Assembly: GCA_016212525.1 (NCBI GenBank)
Contig: JACRGD010000007.1
Coordinates: 284,778 to 348,777, forward strand
Origin: Candidatus Micrarchaeota archaeon
GTDB lineage: Archaea; Micrarchaeota; Micrarchaeia; Anstonellales; Bilamarchaeaceae
Length of the DNA stretch: 64,000 bases
Direction of reading: 5' to 3'
Below are positions 10,026 to 21,034 of the stretch, one piece after another. The notes below the pieces were generated by a model that saw only the letters and a list, made by a program, of their open reading frames with translations, was not told the DNA's origin and searched no databases. Position 1 is the stretch's first letter; every line of letters begins with the position of its first letter. Both the position numbers and the translations under genes were made by a program.

Positions 10026-11473
10026 AAGAAAAAATCAAATATGCAATATTTCACGGAACCGGATTTGTACCTCAGGAAGATAAGTATACAATATCCATAG
10101 CAAACAAAATGCCACAAGACTTCGAAGTTCACTTAATATCATACTATAAAAAAGAGGAGATCCAGGGGATCGATGATGAACAGGTCATAAGCCATTGGAT
10201 ATATTCAGAAGAATATTATCAAAAGGATCTTAAAAAGGAGCAAATGGAAGAATTGGAAAATTGGCTCGGAATACCTTTTTTACTCATTGCAAAATACGTT
10301 CATAGGTACTCGGACCGAAGATATAGAGATAAAATGAACAATATCGAATTCGAATCTCGAATATATCAATATATAGCAGAACACGTAAACGCATGGAAGA
10401 ATTTTTTTGAGAAAAACAAAATAGAGGCATTTACTGGGTTTTTAGAACCAAAAGTAGTAGAAACAACAGGAAATGCAGTAGCGCAACGATTGGGCATCAA
10501 GATATCTAATCTAGTTTGTGGAAGAATAACGAACACCATGATGATATATAACTCAGACTGGTCTCCACTGTTTTGGAAGAAAACACCCCCAGATAAAATC
10601 GAACAATATTACAACTATTTCGTAAACAGATATTCGAATCGCAAGGAACCAGAGGCAGATCAGGTCTTAAAAGATTTTTCTCAAAAGAAATCTGGATTAA
10701 GGGTCATAAGAAATCTAATTAAGGAATATGCAAATCACGATAGAGCACATAAAACCGACAACCTAAGATATGCAACTGCCTGGGACAGAGTACCAAGGAG
10801 GATTTTTGATAAAAGAATACGCATGCTACTAAGCCAGTTTTTCTACACCAGAAAATTTGAGTTCGAGAAGGAGAGATATTTCTTCTTCCCGCTTCATTTT
10901 GTAGAAGAATCAACATTGTCAATAAAGGAGACATTCCTAAATCAATATAATATAATAGAGGCAATAGCATGGTCACTTCCAGAAAATGTGAAACTTATAG
11001 TAAAACCACACCCGCACTGGTGCGGTTCTGACATAGAATTGACGAATTTGGCCAAAGCCAAGAAAAACAAAAAAATAGTAGTGGTGCCGCACGATGAAAA
11101 TCCATATAGGATAATTAGAAACTCGATTGGAGTGATAATAATCAATTCTACTTCTGGCATGGAAGCGATAGCATTAGGAAAACCACTAATTGTGTTTGGC
11201 CATGATATGTACGAAAGACCAGGCGCATCCATAGTAATAAGAGATAACAAGGAACTTCCTAGTGCAATAAATAACTGCATAAAGAATCCTGGGAAAACTT
11301 ATGATTTGCAGGCAAGAAAAGAGTTACTTTCAGACTATTACAATCATTCCATATTTTTAGAAGGTAAGATAGGTGCAACGATCGAACTAACAGAAAATGA
11401 CACAACAAAGGTAGCCAAGGAGTTATCAGAATGCACACGAGTACAGATTACAAAGAATGAGAAAAATAGCTAG
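10022..11473 (+). CDS. Capsule-polysaccharide-biosynthesis-like protein (KpsC/KpsS Capsule_synth-like)
   Basis: LIVKPHPHW...VVVPHDENPYRIIRNSIGVIIINSTSGMEAIALGKPLIVFG resembles the conserved C-terminal core of KpsS/KpsC-type proteins. An ATGA overlap couples it to the upstream gene. Confidence 0.5.
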   Translation: MKEKIKYAIFHGTGFVPQEDKYTISIANKMPQDFEVHLISYYKKEEIQGIDDEQVISHWIYSEEYYQKDLKKEQMEELENWLGIPFLLIAKYVHRYSDRRYRDKMNNIEFESRIYQYIAEHVNAWKNFFEKNKIEAFTGFLEPKVVETTGNAVAQRLGIKISNLVCGRITNTMMIYNSDWSPLFWKKTPPDKIEQYYNYFVNRYSNRKEPEADQVLKDFSQKKSGLRVIRNLIKEYANHDRAHKTDNLRYATAWDRVPRRIFDKRIRMLLSQFFYTRKFEFEKERYFFFPLHFVEESTLSIKETFLNQYNIIEAIAWSLPENVKLIVKPHPHWCGSDIELTNLAKAKKNKKIVVVPHDENPYRIIRNSIGVIIINSTSGMEAIALGKPLIVFGHDMYERPGASIVIRDNKELPSAINNCIKNPGKTYDLQARKELLSDYYNHSIFLEGKIGATIELTENDTTKVAKELSECTRVQITKNEKNS

Positions 11474-11495
11474 TAGAGAAACCTACAACGAGAAG

Positions 11496-11516
11496 AAGGA
11501 TAAAATCTATCCTTTT
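11496..11516 (+). terminator. Hairpin plus T-run downstream of the capsule-synthesis-like gene
   Basis: AAGGATA-aaatc-TATCCTT forms a 7-bp stem and runs directly into TTTT. It sits 23 nt after the stop codon. Confidence 0.35.
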
Positions 11517-11573
11517 AAAATCCCCCAAACATAGATAAAATAGCAAAAACAGCGCAAGAAGGAGTGAGTTCTA

Positions 11574-12209
11574 GTGATAAGAGCATTGATATTCGACATG
11601 GACGGGGTTCTTGTTGATGCAACGGAATGGCACTACGAAGCACTTAATAGGGCACTTCGATTGTTTGGATATACAATAACTAGAGAAGAACACTTAGGAA
11701 GATATAACGGAAGACCCACGAAAGTCAAATTGCAAATGCTAACTGAAGAAAAAGGGCTCCCAAAATCACTACATACATTAATCAATGAATTAAAACAAAA
11801 ATATACTGCAGAAGAAATAGAAAAACAATGCAGACCTGATTTAGAAAAAATAAAAATGCTAAGATCTTTTGGGGCCCAGCATTACAAAATAATAGTCTGC
11901 TCAAATGCAATAAGATCAAGTGTCCAGATAATGTTAAAAAATTCAGGACTACTGGAGTACTGTCTTTTCTATCTAAGTAATGAAGATGTTGAATATCCAA
12001 AACCATCTCCAGAGATATATATAAAAGCAATAAAAAAACTAGAACTGGATCCCACAGAATGCCTCATAATAGAGGACTCACCACTGGGAATCCAAGCGGC
12101 GAAGGCATCAGGAGCCAGAATAATGGGAGTTAAAAATTTCCACGAAGTAACTTATAAGAACGTTCGCGAGGCAATAGAACATTACGATAAAATAAGCAGG
12201 AAGGGATGA
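11574..12209 (+). CDS. HAD-superfamily phosphatase (beta-phosphoglucomutase-like subfamily)
   Basis: Has a GTG start with AAGGAGTG upstream. Contains LIFDMDGVLVD (HAD motif I) and EDSPLGIQAAKASG (motif IV region). Confidence 0.75.
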   Translation: MIRALIFDMDGVLVDATEWHYEALNRALRLFGYTITREEHLGRYNGRPTKVKLQMLTEEKGLPKSLHTLINELKQKYTAEEIEKQCRPDLEKIKMLRSFGAQHYKIIVCSNAIRSSVQIMLKNSGLLEYCLFYLSNEDVEYPKPSPEIYIKAIKKLELDPTECLIIEDSPLGIQAAKASGARIMGVKNFHEVTYKNVREAIEHYDKISRKG

Positions 12210-12212
12210 CTT

Positions 12213-12950
12213 ATGATAAATATTGTAGTTCCAATGGCAGGCAAGGGATCCAGATTTGCAGAAAAAGGATATGCATTTCCAAAACCACTAATCGAAGTAA
12301 AAAAAATGCCAATGATCCAGGTTGTCATAAATAATCTAAAGCTCAAAAGACCACACAGATTTGTATTTATCTGCCAGAGGGAACACTACGATAAATATTC
12401 GCTTAAAACAGTCCTAAATAACTTAGCGCCTGGCTGCGAAATAAAGATAATAGATGGAGTAACAGAAGGCGCAGTTTGCACAGTTCTTTTGGCAAAAGAA
12501 TACTTCGATAACGATGATGAATTAATAATTGCCAACTCAGACCAGTTTGTAGATATGGACATAAACGAATTTGTCATGGATGCAGAAAAAACAGGAACGG
12601 ATGGATCAATACTCACATTCCCGGCGTATCATCCAAAATGGTCATATGCAAAGACAGATGAAACAGGTCAGGTTGTAGAAGTTGCAGAAAAAAATCCAAT
12701 AAGTAACAATGCAACAGTGGGAATATATTATTTCAAGAAAGGCAGGGAATTCGTAAAGGCAGCCCAACAAATGATAATGAAAAATATAAGAGTCAACAAT
12801 GAATTCTACGTTTGTCCAGTATATAATGAGATTATTGGGAATAAGCTGAAAGTTAAAATTTATCCAATAAAAGCAGACCAAATGCACGGACTTGGAACAC
12901 CTGAAGACTTAGAAGCATTTTTCAGAACAGATGTGATAAAAAGATTGTAA
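12213..12950 (+). CDS. Sugar-phosphate nucleotidyltransferase-like protein (GT-A/NTP-transferase fold)
   Basis: The N-terminal VVPMAGKGSRF...PKPLIEV is the signature of NTP-transferase family enzymes. Confidence 0.65.
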   Translation: MINIVVPMAGKGSRFAEKGYAFPKPLIEVKKMPMIQVVINNLKLKRPHRFVFICQREHYDKYSLKTVLNNLAPGCEIKIIDGVTEGAVCTVLLAKEYFDNDDELIIANSDQFVDMDINEFVMDAEKTGTDGSILTFPAYHPKWSYAKTDETGQVVEVAEKNPISNNATVGIYYFKKGREFVKAAQQMIMKNIRVNNEFYVCPVYNEIIGNKLKVKIYPIKADQMHGLGTPEDLEAFFRTDVIKRL

Positions 12951-12964
12951 TATCAGGTGAAAAC

Positions 12965-14128
12965 ATGACAAATCAAGAGACACAACTACTTTCATTTGAA
13001 GAAGTCTTTGACCATGAACGATTCAAGGAACTCAAAAAATCCAAATATTTGATAGATATAGAAGCACTTGTAGAGTATAGACAGGAAATAGACCGGAATC
13101 GATCAGAAAAACCAAATGGAGCTTTCTGGAAGGATAAAAGAATTCTGATAACAGGCACTGCTGGAATGGTAGGTAGTACCATTGCAGACATACTGGTCGA
13201 AATGGGTGCAGAAGTATATGGAACAGTAAAGAGGCACGCAGTACCTCATTACCCAAACATAAATGCGCAGATTGCAGACGGAAGAATAAAAACTCACGAA
13301 GTAGACTTAAGAGATTATGGACGAGTGGTCGAGCTGATGAAACAGATCGAACCACACGCAATTTTTCATCAGGCTGCAGAATCATTCATACCAACCAGCA
13401 TCAAACAACCAAGCCACGTAGTAGAAAATAATTGTGTAAGCACAGTCAATTTGCTCGAAGCGGCAACTAGAGACGACAAATCACTAGAGGGCATACAGCT
13501 GGCATGCTCTTCAGAAGAATATGGATTCATAAACAACTTAGAAGAACTACCAGTAAAAGAAACGCATGAGCTTAGGCCAACATCCACATACGCAGCAACT
13601 AAGGTGTTTACGGAATATTTAGGCAGAGCATACTTCTATATGTATAAAACTCCAACAATAATGACGCGCACATTCAATCAAGAAGGACCCAGAAGAGGGC
13701 CGCAGTTCTTTACAGCCAGAATAGCGAACCAAATATCTGCAGTCCTAGAGGGCAAAGCAGACAAAATTGTAATGGGCAATCCTAATTCAGTTAGAGATTT
13801 TACCCACGTACACGACAGCGCAAGGGCGCAGATAATGGCAATCGAGAGATGTAATCGGGGAGAAGCTTACAATATATGCTCCGGAAAAGGAATTGCTACA
13901 GGAGACTACGTAAAATTAGCATTGCAAACATTTGAACTGGATAAAAAAATCAAGGTGTTCATAGATAAAGCGTTTCTTAGACCCTACGAAAGAGGAGAAT
14001 GCCTTTTTGATGGATTCATAGGAGACAACTCCAAATTTGTCGAAAAAACGAATTGGAAACCAACCCTTAGCGTGGTAGATATAATAAAGGACGGGGTCGC
14101 AAGCATAAACGGTCATTGCACAAAATAA
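12965..14128 (+). CDS. Extended-SDR NAD-dependent sugar epimerase/dehydratase with an N-terminal extension of about 55 aa
   Basis: Contains ILITGTAGMVGS (GxxGxxG) and STYAATK (YxxxK). An AGGTG Shine-Dalgarno motif lies upstream. Confidence 0.75.
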   Translation: MTNQETQLLSFEEVFDHERFKELKKSKYLIDIEALVEYRQEIDRNRSEKPNGAFWKDKRILITGTAGMVGSTIADILVEMGAEVYGTVKRHAVPHYPNINAQIADGRIKTHEVDLRDYGRVVELMKQIEPHAIFHQAAESFIPTSIKQPSHVVENNCVSTVNLLEAATRDDKSLEGIQLACSSEEYGFINNLEELPVKETHELRPTSTYAATKVFTEYLGRAYFYMYKTPTIMTRTFNQEGPRRGPQFFTARIANQISAVLEGKADKIVMGNPNSVRDFTHVHDSARAQIMAIERCNRGEAYNICSGKGIATGDYVKLALQTFELDKKIKVFIDKAFLRPYERGECLFDGFIGDNSKFVEKTNWKPTLSVVDIIKDGVASINGHCTK

Positions 14129-14195
14129 CAATGCGTGCCCAAACTGGAAAGATTTAAGTTCTTTTAGATCGACAACCACAAGAGCAGTGAATTAG

Positions 14196-15548
14196 ATGGA
14201 AAACACCCCTCCTCCACCTTCGATAGAGCAGATAATAAGCAAAATATACGATGAGCGCAAAGGGGGGAAAAGAAATAGCGACAACACCATCATAATACTA
14301 ACAAATAAAACGAATCAGTTAGTATTAGAAATGCTTGAATTACTCAGAAAACAGACAATAAGAGATTTTGACATCATAATAATATATGGACCAACTGACG
14401 AAAAGATAGAGAGCACCACGGACTTTAACATATTACATGTGATGAGAAAGGGAGATATCGGCTCTTCGGGTGGGTTTTATCTTGGAGAAAAATATGCACT
14501 TAATGAAGGATATAAACTCATAATTCGCACTGAATCAGATGCCATGCCACAAGATCGAGAATTAATCGAAAATCTGATCAAAAAAACAGGAGAATCAGAA
14601 GTAGCCATACCTATTTCATATAATGAAATGTGGGACTTAAGAGAGCGGGGAATTCATAGATATGCTGCAATAACTGCAAAGACATTCGAACGATTGGGGC
14701 TGACGTTTTATCCGTTTTATTTCGGTGCTGATGACACAGAATTGGAAAGAAGACTGGAAAAATATGCAAAAAGACAGGAAATAGAAAATTATGTTATTCA
14801 TCCTATTCGAAGCCCTATTACAATGAACACATTCAAATATTATTACTTCACAAGAAACGTACTATACACCAATTGTATACACGGAAATTTCTTGAGCCAA
14901 TTTCTATTCGTTTTTCTAAGAATCATTCACCCATATGTTTTCATGAGACTAAGTAATGATCCCGGCAGAATCGGAATCGAACGAGCAGTCAAGGATTTCT
15001 ATGATCGGAAAATGTGGAAAATAGAGATAGAAAATCTAAATTGGAACTATTTTGAAGGGGGAGTTGAGAAAGTAAATCCGAAAATAGGCATAATAAAAAC
15101 AAATTTTCCAAATTCGCCAGTCGAGAACATATATGAAAAAATGACAGAGCTCAAGAATAAACCAAACGAGCTGATTTACCTAAAGAGAGACAAACAGGGA
15201 GTTATGAATTTGCTTTTAGAGTACATAAAAATTTCGACAAAAATTGCCTCAAAAGATATCATAGTCAACATATGCCCATTCTACGATCTGATGTATTATG
15301 GACTGCTGACCAGAAGCGTAGCATTTAGGGACGGAAAAAACTGGCATCACCACAAATTTTCAATTATTGATAGGATAAAAATATTAATCACACTTGGAAG
15401 TACAGGATTAGGGCTAGTAGCGGCATTTTTATTTACGCTCCACATGGAATTGGGAGTAAAATCCAAAGTCAAAAAAATATTTAAGGAAATCCAAGCACAC
15501 TCAATAATAGTCAAAACTAATCAAGAAGACTCAAAAATTGTTTCTTAA
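14196..15548 (+). CDS. Putative membrane-anchored GT2-like glycosyltransferase
   Basis: The N-terminal half resembles a GT-A fold (IIILTNKTNQ..., DFDIIIIYGPTD, ESDAMP). A hydrophobic segment (ILITLGSTGLGLVAAFLFTL) lies near the C-terminus. The family assignment is weak. Confidence 0.4.
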   Translation: MENTPPPPSIEQIISKIYDERKGGKRNSDNTIIILTNKTNQLVLEMLELLRKQTIRDFDIIIIYGPTDEKIESTTDFNILHVMRKGDIGSSGGFYLGEKYALNEGYKLIIRTESDAMPQDRELIENLIKKTGESEVAIPISYNEMWDLRERGIHRYAAITAKTFERLGLTFYPFYFGADDTELERRLEKYAKRQEIENYVIHPIRSPITMNTFKYYYFTRNVLYTNCIHGNFLSQFLFVFLRIIHPYVFMRLSNDPGRIGIERAVKDFYDRKMWKIEIENLNWNYFEGGVEKVNPKIGIIKTNFPNSPVENIYEKMTELKNKPNELIYLKRDKQGVMNLLLEYIKISTKIASKDIIVNICPFYDLMYYGLLTRSVAFRDGKNWHHHKFSIIDRIKILITLGSTGLGLVAAFLFTLHMELGVKSKVKKIFKEIQAHSIIVKTNQEDSKIVS

Positions 15549-16539
15549 AATCAGCACACATTGGTTTCTCTCTGAAAGTAGCAGCAGCCAAACGGGATTT
15601 TTTTGAAAGAGACTGCTTTTTTGAATCAGAAAGATCCAGATAGTCTAGAATTTTCTTGGCCAACGTATCAGAATCTAAAGAAGAGATCAGTGTTGAATCA
15701 ACAGATTCCACAACTTCACTAACACCAGCATCTTGAGAAACAATTGCAGGAACTCCTGCAGCCATTGCCTCTAAAACAGCAACACCAAAAGTTTCACCCC
15801 TAGAGGGCTGAACGTATAGGGATGACGCACCCAGGAAAGAGGAAACATTAGGTACGAATCCCAGAAGATTTAAATTTCCACGAATACCAAACTTATTTGC
15901 AAAATCAAGTAAAAGCGGAGCGCTCAGGTTTCCTCCGATATTTAGTTTAACATTGGGTTTTGCTTTGCAGACTTTAGAAAATGCATCCATCAAAATGTCA
16001 ATACCCTTATAGTAAAAATCATTTGTGGCAAAGATTGTTAGTGTCTCTCCATTTAATTGCGGATTGGTAGCAGTAAGTTCTGAATAGATACCATCGAGTA
16101 TAAACGGATATGTTATTCTAAGAGGGGTTTGAATATCAAGCTGTTCCATAATCCGACGACCAAAACGACCCTGGACCAAAAAACCATCAACTTCAGAACA
16201 AAGATTCAGCAGAAGTCTGGATTCGGCAGATGAGAGATGATTATGGAGGATATTGTAGAAAAGAGGGCCTGAATTGAGATTTATTATTTTACTCTTGAGA
16301 AGTCCGAATCGTTTCTTTAGCGCAGGATAAAAATAACAATTTTCGGTAAACAGAGTACGATAACCTCCAGGTATAGAAAAAGAACTTTGTAGAAATGAAA
16401 ATGCCTTAAATGGCAAAAATTGCTTTTTTTGAGCCCGGTTTGGAAGAAAAAAGCGGTCGGATCCCAACTCATCCACATACCTTAAATGAACAGGGTGGGT
16501 TCCGGCCAGAATAGCAAGCAAATCCTTGGACATAACCAT
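15517..16539 (-). CDS. GT4-family glycosyltransferase
   Basis: SRGETFGVAVLEAMAAGVPAIVS is the typical GT4 nucleotide-sugar binding region. Confidence 0.75.
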   Translation of the reverse strand: MVMSKDLLAILAGTHPVHLRYVDELGSDRFFLPNRAQKKQFLPFKAFSFLQSSFSIPGGYRTLFTENCYFYPALKKRFGLLKSKIINLNSGPLFYNILHNHLSSAESRLLLNLCSEVDGFLVQGRFGRRIMEQLDIQTPLRITYPFILDGIYSELTATNPQLNGETLTIFATNDFYYKGIDILMDAFSKVCKAKPNVKLNIGGNLSAPLLLDFANKFGIRGNLNLLGFVPNVSSFLGASSLYVQPSRGETFGVAVLEAMAAGVPAIVSQDAGVSEVVESVDSTLISSLDSDTLAKKILDYLDLSDSKKQSLSKKSRLAAATFREKPMCADFKKQFLSLLD

Positions 16540-16572
16540 AGAAACACAATGAAGAGTTATATGTATGAGCGA

Positions 16573-18303
16573 TCAGTTATCAGAGACACCCATCAAAGCC
16601 ACTTTTTCGATAAAACCGGATATGTTTGGAGGAAGATTTCCTTTTCTTAAGATAGACTTCAAAAGGGAAACATCTTCAGAATGCAAACATTTGAAAAATA
16701 TCGAGATTAGGAAGAAAAGAATGGAGGAAATGCCAACCAAAAGACCGAGAATAGAGAGGTTCAGAATTTTGATAACATAAGCTGAGTAAGAACCAAAAGA
16801 AAGACTTGATACAAAATTAGAAAGGGCATCAAAAACGGGATCGGAGAAATAATTCAGGACGAGTAGAATCAAAAGGAGGATCACTCCGGAAAGATAAATC
16901 CTAAGAATCTGATTCGGGTAGGTGAAATTTAACAATTTTTTTGCATAAAAAACGAGAAGCAGGGTAGTTATGGTAAAACTTATTGCGGAGGAAATTGCTG
17001 CACCAATCATACCATAAGAGGGGATAAGTAAAAATCCCAAGACCACATTTGCAAGAGCTCCAAAAACAAGAACCTTAAGTTCGATCATAACTAATCGCAT
17101 ACTTGCAAGAATAAGAGAGATTATGTAGGAGATATATTGAATTGCAAGACCGATACCAAAGATAGACATTGCCAAACTGGCATCAGCATAGGATCCACCA
17201 TAAAAGAGGACCAACAAATGTCTGGAAAAAGAAATGAAAACAAGCGAGAGGGGAAGTGATGCAAGTAGAATCCAGCGCTCCGAAGTTTCCATAAGCTTAG
17301 CAACTTTCGATGAATCATTTTTTGCAATCAGCCGGGAAATGATGGGGAAAAAAATACCTCCTACAGAAGAGGGAATTATTCCAATAACAGAAACAAATGT
17401 AGTAGCAACAGTATACATAGCAATCATAGAAGAGGATTGATCTGGCGGTATTAGATATCCAAGAAGCAATCGATCGCTTGAGGAAACAATAGCATAGAAC
17501 GAGTTGAGAAGAGTGAGCATAAATCCGAATGGGATTATCTCCCGTAAAAACTGATCTTTAGAAAGAGGATCTCCGAGTTTGGGAATAGAGGAAAAATGTT
17601 TCCGTACAACAAAAACAGACCATATCCAAGAAGGCACAAACGAAAGAATATAACCCGCACAAAGAGTAAATAGAGACGCACCAAAAAAGACAAAGAAGGT
17701 GAAGGTTAGTAACAGCTTCACGAAGTTCTGAAGATTTTGAAGCAAGGATTGCATTTTTACGTCGGCCAAAGAGCCAATTAGAGCGTAATTTAATTGATAC
17801 AGAACTCCAAGAACCAGATACACACTAAAAAACCTAAGGCCATCAGCCAGTACAGGAGTTCGGTAGAGCTGTGAAAGAAAATCAGCATTAAAGAAAACAA
17901 TAAAGGCAACAATAAGAGAAAGAATAATAGAAATATGACTGATGAAAAATAAGTCATGAATCTTACGCAACATGCCCTTGCCATGAAAAAAAGGAACATA
18001 ACGACTAATTGATCCAAGAATACCAAATTCAGTAAACAATGCAAGGATTGTCATAACACTCAAAGAAAGATAGAAAATACCAATATCATCCTGAGATGCC
18101 ATTCGTGCGATAAGGATGACATATAGAAAAGATGAGAATTTGAAGAAGAATTGCCCGATCAAATTCCAAATGCTTCCTTTTGCAATAAGATTCGAGTAGG
18201 TAGAAATACCGGAGTTATCTTCCCCCAATAAACTCACACCCCCAAAAGAGCGGGATTGGGAAGAAGAGGTAATGGAATCGTCCAAATCCTTGTTTTCTGC
18301 CAT
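16573..18303 (-). CDS. Polysaccharide/oligosaccharide flippase (MOP/Wzx-like multi-pass membrane protein)
   Basis: More than 10 hydrophobic helices run through the protein, in a glycan-locus context. The first ATG is at 18303 (MAENKDL...). The ORF-track start at 18384 is a TTG, so the start is uncertain. Confidence 0.65.
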   Translation of the reverse strand: MAENKDLDDSITSSSQSRSFGGVSLLGEDNSGISTYSNLIAKGSIWNLIGQFFFKFSSFLYVILIARMASQDDIGIFYLSLSVMTILALFTEFGILGSISRYVPFFHGKGMLRKIHDLFFISHISIILSLIVAFIVFFNADFLSQLYRTPVLADGLRFFSVYLVLGVLYQLNYALIGSLADVKMQSLLQNLQNFVKLLLTFTFFVFFGASLFTLCAGYILSFVPSWIWSVFVVRKHFSSIPKLGDPLSKDQFLREIIPFGFMLTLLNSFYAIVSSSDRLLLGYLIPPDQSSSMIAMYTVATTFVSVIGIIPSSVGGIFFPIISRLIAKNDSSKVAKLMETSERWILLASLPLSLVFISFSRHLLVLFYGGSYADASLAMSIFGIGLAIQYISYIISLILASMRLVMIELKVLVFGALANVVLGFLLIPSYGMIGAAISSAISFTITTLLLVFYAKKLLNFTYPNQILRIYLSGVILLLILLVLNYFSDPVFDALSNFVSSLSFGSYSAYVIKILNLSILGLLVGISSILFFLISIFFKCLHSEDVSLLKSILRKGNLPPNISGFIEKVALMGVSDN

Positions 18304-18410
18304 AAAATCAACGAAAAAACCAAGTTTGCTTCTTAAAGAGTTACATTTACATATAGTAAATATCTTATATAAATAAGCATACAAGTAAAAATAGATAATC
18401 GGGTGGTATA

Positions 18411-19577
18411 GTGTCTACTACAGTCAGAATAGTCGGTCCAAATGAAGTTAGAAGATGTTCCAAATGCCTGCTTCCAGAAACGCAAGAAACAATAACTTAT
18501 GACAACCAGGGAGTTTGTAATGTTTGTAAACAACATGAATACAAAAATGAGAGCATTGATTGGGTAAAGCGAGAAAAGGAACTACGTGAACTAATAGAAG
18601 AGTATCGAGGTAGGTATCAATACGACTGCATCATTCCATATAGTGGAGGCAAAGACAGCACATATACCGTCTATAAGCTGGTAAGAGATTATAACGTAAA
18701 ACCATTAGTAGTTAGTTTCGATCACGGATTTTATCGGCCTCAGACAATGGCCAATACTAAAAGCGTCATGAAGCAGTTAGGGGTTGACTATCACCTATTT
18801 ACACCAAACTGGAAGGTAGTCAAGAAACTCATGGCTGAATCCCTAAGAAGGAAAGGGGATTTCTGCTGGCATTGCCACACGGGAATATTCTCATATCCAA
18901 TGCAGGTTGCAGTAAAATTCAAAATTCCACTATTGTTCTGGGGAGAACCAAGCGCCGAATATACCAGCTACTATAGATATGATGAAAAAGAAGAAGTAGA
19001 TGAAAAACGCTTCAATCGATTTATCAATTTAGGCATAACGGCGGATGACATGGTTGGTATGATCGAGGGCGTCGACATGCGAGATTTAGAACCATTCAGA
19101 TACCCTGCACTCAAAGACCTAAAAGCCATCAACTATAGATCAGTCTGCCTCGGAAGTTATATACCATGGGATCCCAAGAAGAACTCTGAAATAATCAAGC
19201 GAGAATTGGGCTGGAAGGGTGCTCCTGTAGAGGGAGTTCCGCCAGAATACGATTATGAGAAAGTCGAGTGTATGGTTCAGGGAGTCCGAGACTATTTGAA
19301 ATACGTAAAAAGAGGGTTTGGAAGAACCGCGCACCTAGCGAGTCTGGATTTGAGAAATGGACGAATAACACCAGAAAAAGCACAAGAATTAATAGACAAA
19401 TACGACGGAAAAAGACCTGCAAGCCTAGACCTGCTATTACACTACTTAGACATGAGCGAAGAAGAATTCGAAAAAATCGCGATGAGCCATGTCGTAGCAC
19501 CTCACAAGCATGACCCCAAGAAAATAAAGAAGGGAGAACCACTTCCAGACATGCCGCAGTGGGATAGGACAAAATGA
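18411..19577 (+). CDS. N-acetyl-sugar amidotransferase (WbuX/LfnA-like PP-loop ATPase)
   Basis: Contains CSKCLLPET...GVCNVC (a Zn-ribbon-like N-terminus) and IIPYSGGKDSTY (PP-loop). It is followed by HisH/HisF paralogues, the canonical trio. The start is GTG with GGGTGG upstream. Confidence 0.8.
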   Translation: MSTTVRIVGPNEVRRCSKCLLPETQETITYDNQGVCNVCKQHEYKNESIDWVKREKELRELIEEYRGRYQYDCIIPYSGGKDSTYTVYKLVRDYNVKPLVVSFDHGFYRPQTMANTKSVMKQLGVDYHLFTPNWKVVKKLMAESLRRKGDFCWHCHTGIFSYPMQVAVKFKIPLLFWGEPSAEYTSYYRYDEKEEVDEKRFNRFINLGITADDMVGMIEGVDMRDLEPFRYPALKDLKAINYRSVCLGSYIPWDPKKNSEIIKRELGWKGAPVEGVPPEYDYEKVECMVQGVRDYLKYVKRGFGRTAHLASLDLRNGRITPEKAQELIDKYDGKRPASLDLLLHYLDMSEEEFEKIAMSHVVAPHKHDPKKIKKGEPLPDMPQWDRTK

Positions 19578-20182
19578 TAGGCATAATCGATTATGGAATG
19601 GGAAATTTGAGGTCTGTTTCAAAAGCATTTGAACTAATTGGAGCAGAAGTAATAGTGAGTGGCGATACAAATGAACTGGTCAAAGCAGATAAATTAGTTC
19701 TCCCGGGAGTAGGAGCTTTTGGAGATGGGATGAACAACCTGCGAAAACTGGGCTTAATTGAATTTATGCATTCTCAAGTAATGGTGAATAAAAAACCACT
19801 ATTAGGAATCTGTCTTGGAATGCAACTGCTTGCAGAAAAGGGGTACGAGCGGGGCGAGAATAAAGGCCTTGGATTTGTTGCGGGCGAGGTAAAAAAATTC
19901 GATATGGGAGAGAGAAATCTAAAAGTCCCACATGTAGGATGGAACGAAGTTAAGTTTAAGGAAGAGGGTCTTTTTAGGGGCATAAAAAGCGGAAGTTGCT
20001 TCTATTTCGTTCATAGCTATCATCTGATTTGCAAAGAACCCAAAGACGCAATAGGAACAACCGAATACGGATACACGTTTACTTCTGCAGTCAACAAAGG
20101 CAACATATTTGGAACACAGTTCCATCCCGAAAAAAGCCAGGAAGCAGGACTAAAGTTACTGGAGAATTATCTAAAGAGGTAA
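19574..20182 (+). CDS. Glutamine amidotransferase, HisH paralogue (WbuY-like)
   Basis: Contains IGIIDYGMGNLRSV, LPGVGAFG, GICLGMQLL and HSY, which are class I GATase/HisH motifs. An ATGA overlap couples it to the upstream gene. Confidence 0.85.
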   Translation: MIGIIDYGMGNLRSVSKAFELIGAEVIVSGDTNELVKADKLVLPGVGAFGDGMNNLRKLGLIEFMHSQVMVNKKPLLGICLGMQLLAEKGYERGENKGLGFVAGEVKKFDMGERNLKVPHVGWNEVKFKEEGLFRGIKSGSCFYFVHSYHLICKEPKDAIGTTEYGYTFTSAVNKGNIFGTQFHPEKSQEAGLKLLENYLKR

Positions 20183-20200
20183 CTTAATAAGGTGAGAAAA

Positions 20201-20971
20201 ATGCTCAAAATAAGACTAATCCCCTCGTTGCTCTTAAGAGAAGGCAGATGTGTAAAGGGCACGCAGTTTTGCAACTTTAGGGATACGGGAAACCCAGTAA
20301 CAGCCGCAAAAATATACGATGCGCAGGGAGCCGATGAACTGCTGTTTCTAGACATAACCGCATCAACCCAAAAGCGCAACATTCTCTTTGACGTAGTTGG
20401 AAGAACTGCTGACGAATGCTTTATGCCCCTTTGCGTAGGCGGCGGGATTCGAACAGTAGAGGACATACGCAAACTTCTCTTAGTCGGAGCAGACAAAGTG
20501 TCGATAAATACCGCAGCACTGGATCGACCCGAATTCATAAACGAAGCCGCCCAAATATTCGGGAATCAGTGTATAGTCGTCTCGATCGACGTGAAACAAA
20601 AGGAAAATGGAAAATACGAGGTATATTCGGACTGCGGAACTAAGGCGAGGGGCCTTGATCCTGTGAAATGGGCAAAAGAAGCAGTGGAGCAGGGCGCAGG
20701 CGAAATTTTGTTAACCTCGATTGATCGCGAGGGCACACGAAAAGGATACGACCTCGAACTCATTAGATCGATCACGAACGAAGTAGAAGTTCCGGTGATC
20801 GCATCTGGAGGAGTTGGAACGCTGCAGGATCTGGTCGATGGGATAAAGAAGGGAGGTGCTTCGGCGGTTTCTGCTGCAAGCATCTTCCATTTCACAGATC
20901 AGAGCATAATAAAGGCGCGGACATACATGAGAGAGGCCGGACTGGATGTCCGGTCCATGGAAATCCGATAA
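20201..20971 (+). CDS. Imidazole-glycerol-phosphate-synthase cyclase-like subunit, HisF paralogue (WbuZ-like)
   Basis: Contains [12 protein letters not shown]...DELLFLDI...GGGIR...ASGG. I prefer ATG 20201 (AAGGTGAG Shine-Dalgarno) over GTG 20192. Confidence 0.85.
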   Translation: MLKIRLIPSLLLREGRCVKGTQFCNFRDTGNPVTAAKIYDAQGADELLFLDITASTQKRNILFDVVGRTADECFMPLCVGGGIRTVEDIRKLLLVGADKVSINTAALDRPEFINEAAQIFGNQCIVVSIDVKQKENGKYEVYSDCGTKARGLDPVKWAKEAVEQGAGEILLTSIDREGTRKGYDLELIRSITNEVEVPVIASGGVGTLQDLVDGIKKGGASAVSAASIFHFTDQSIIKARTYMREAGLDVRSMEIR

Positions 20972-21034
20972 AAATCAGGGCAAACACCCCAGCTTTTTTA
21001 ATTGCCGCGCCACATTGATAAGACAGGTAATTGT

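Noticed and set aside
16565-16780. A 71-aa plus-strand ORF at the 3' end of the flippase gene, plus nested ORFs at 17121-17440 and 17790-18044.
   Set aside because: They are antisense to or frame-shifted within a continuous multi-pass membrane protein ORF, and they have no independent signals.
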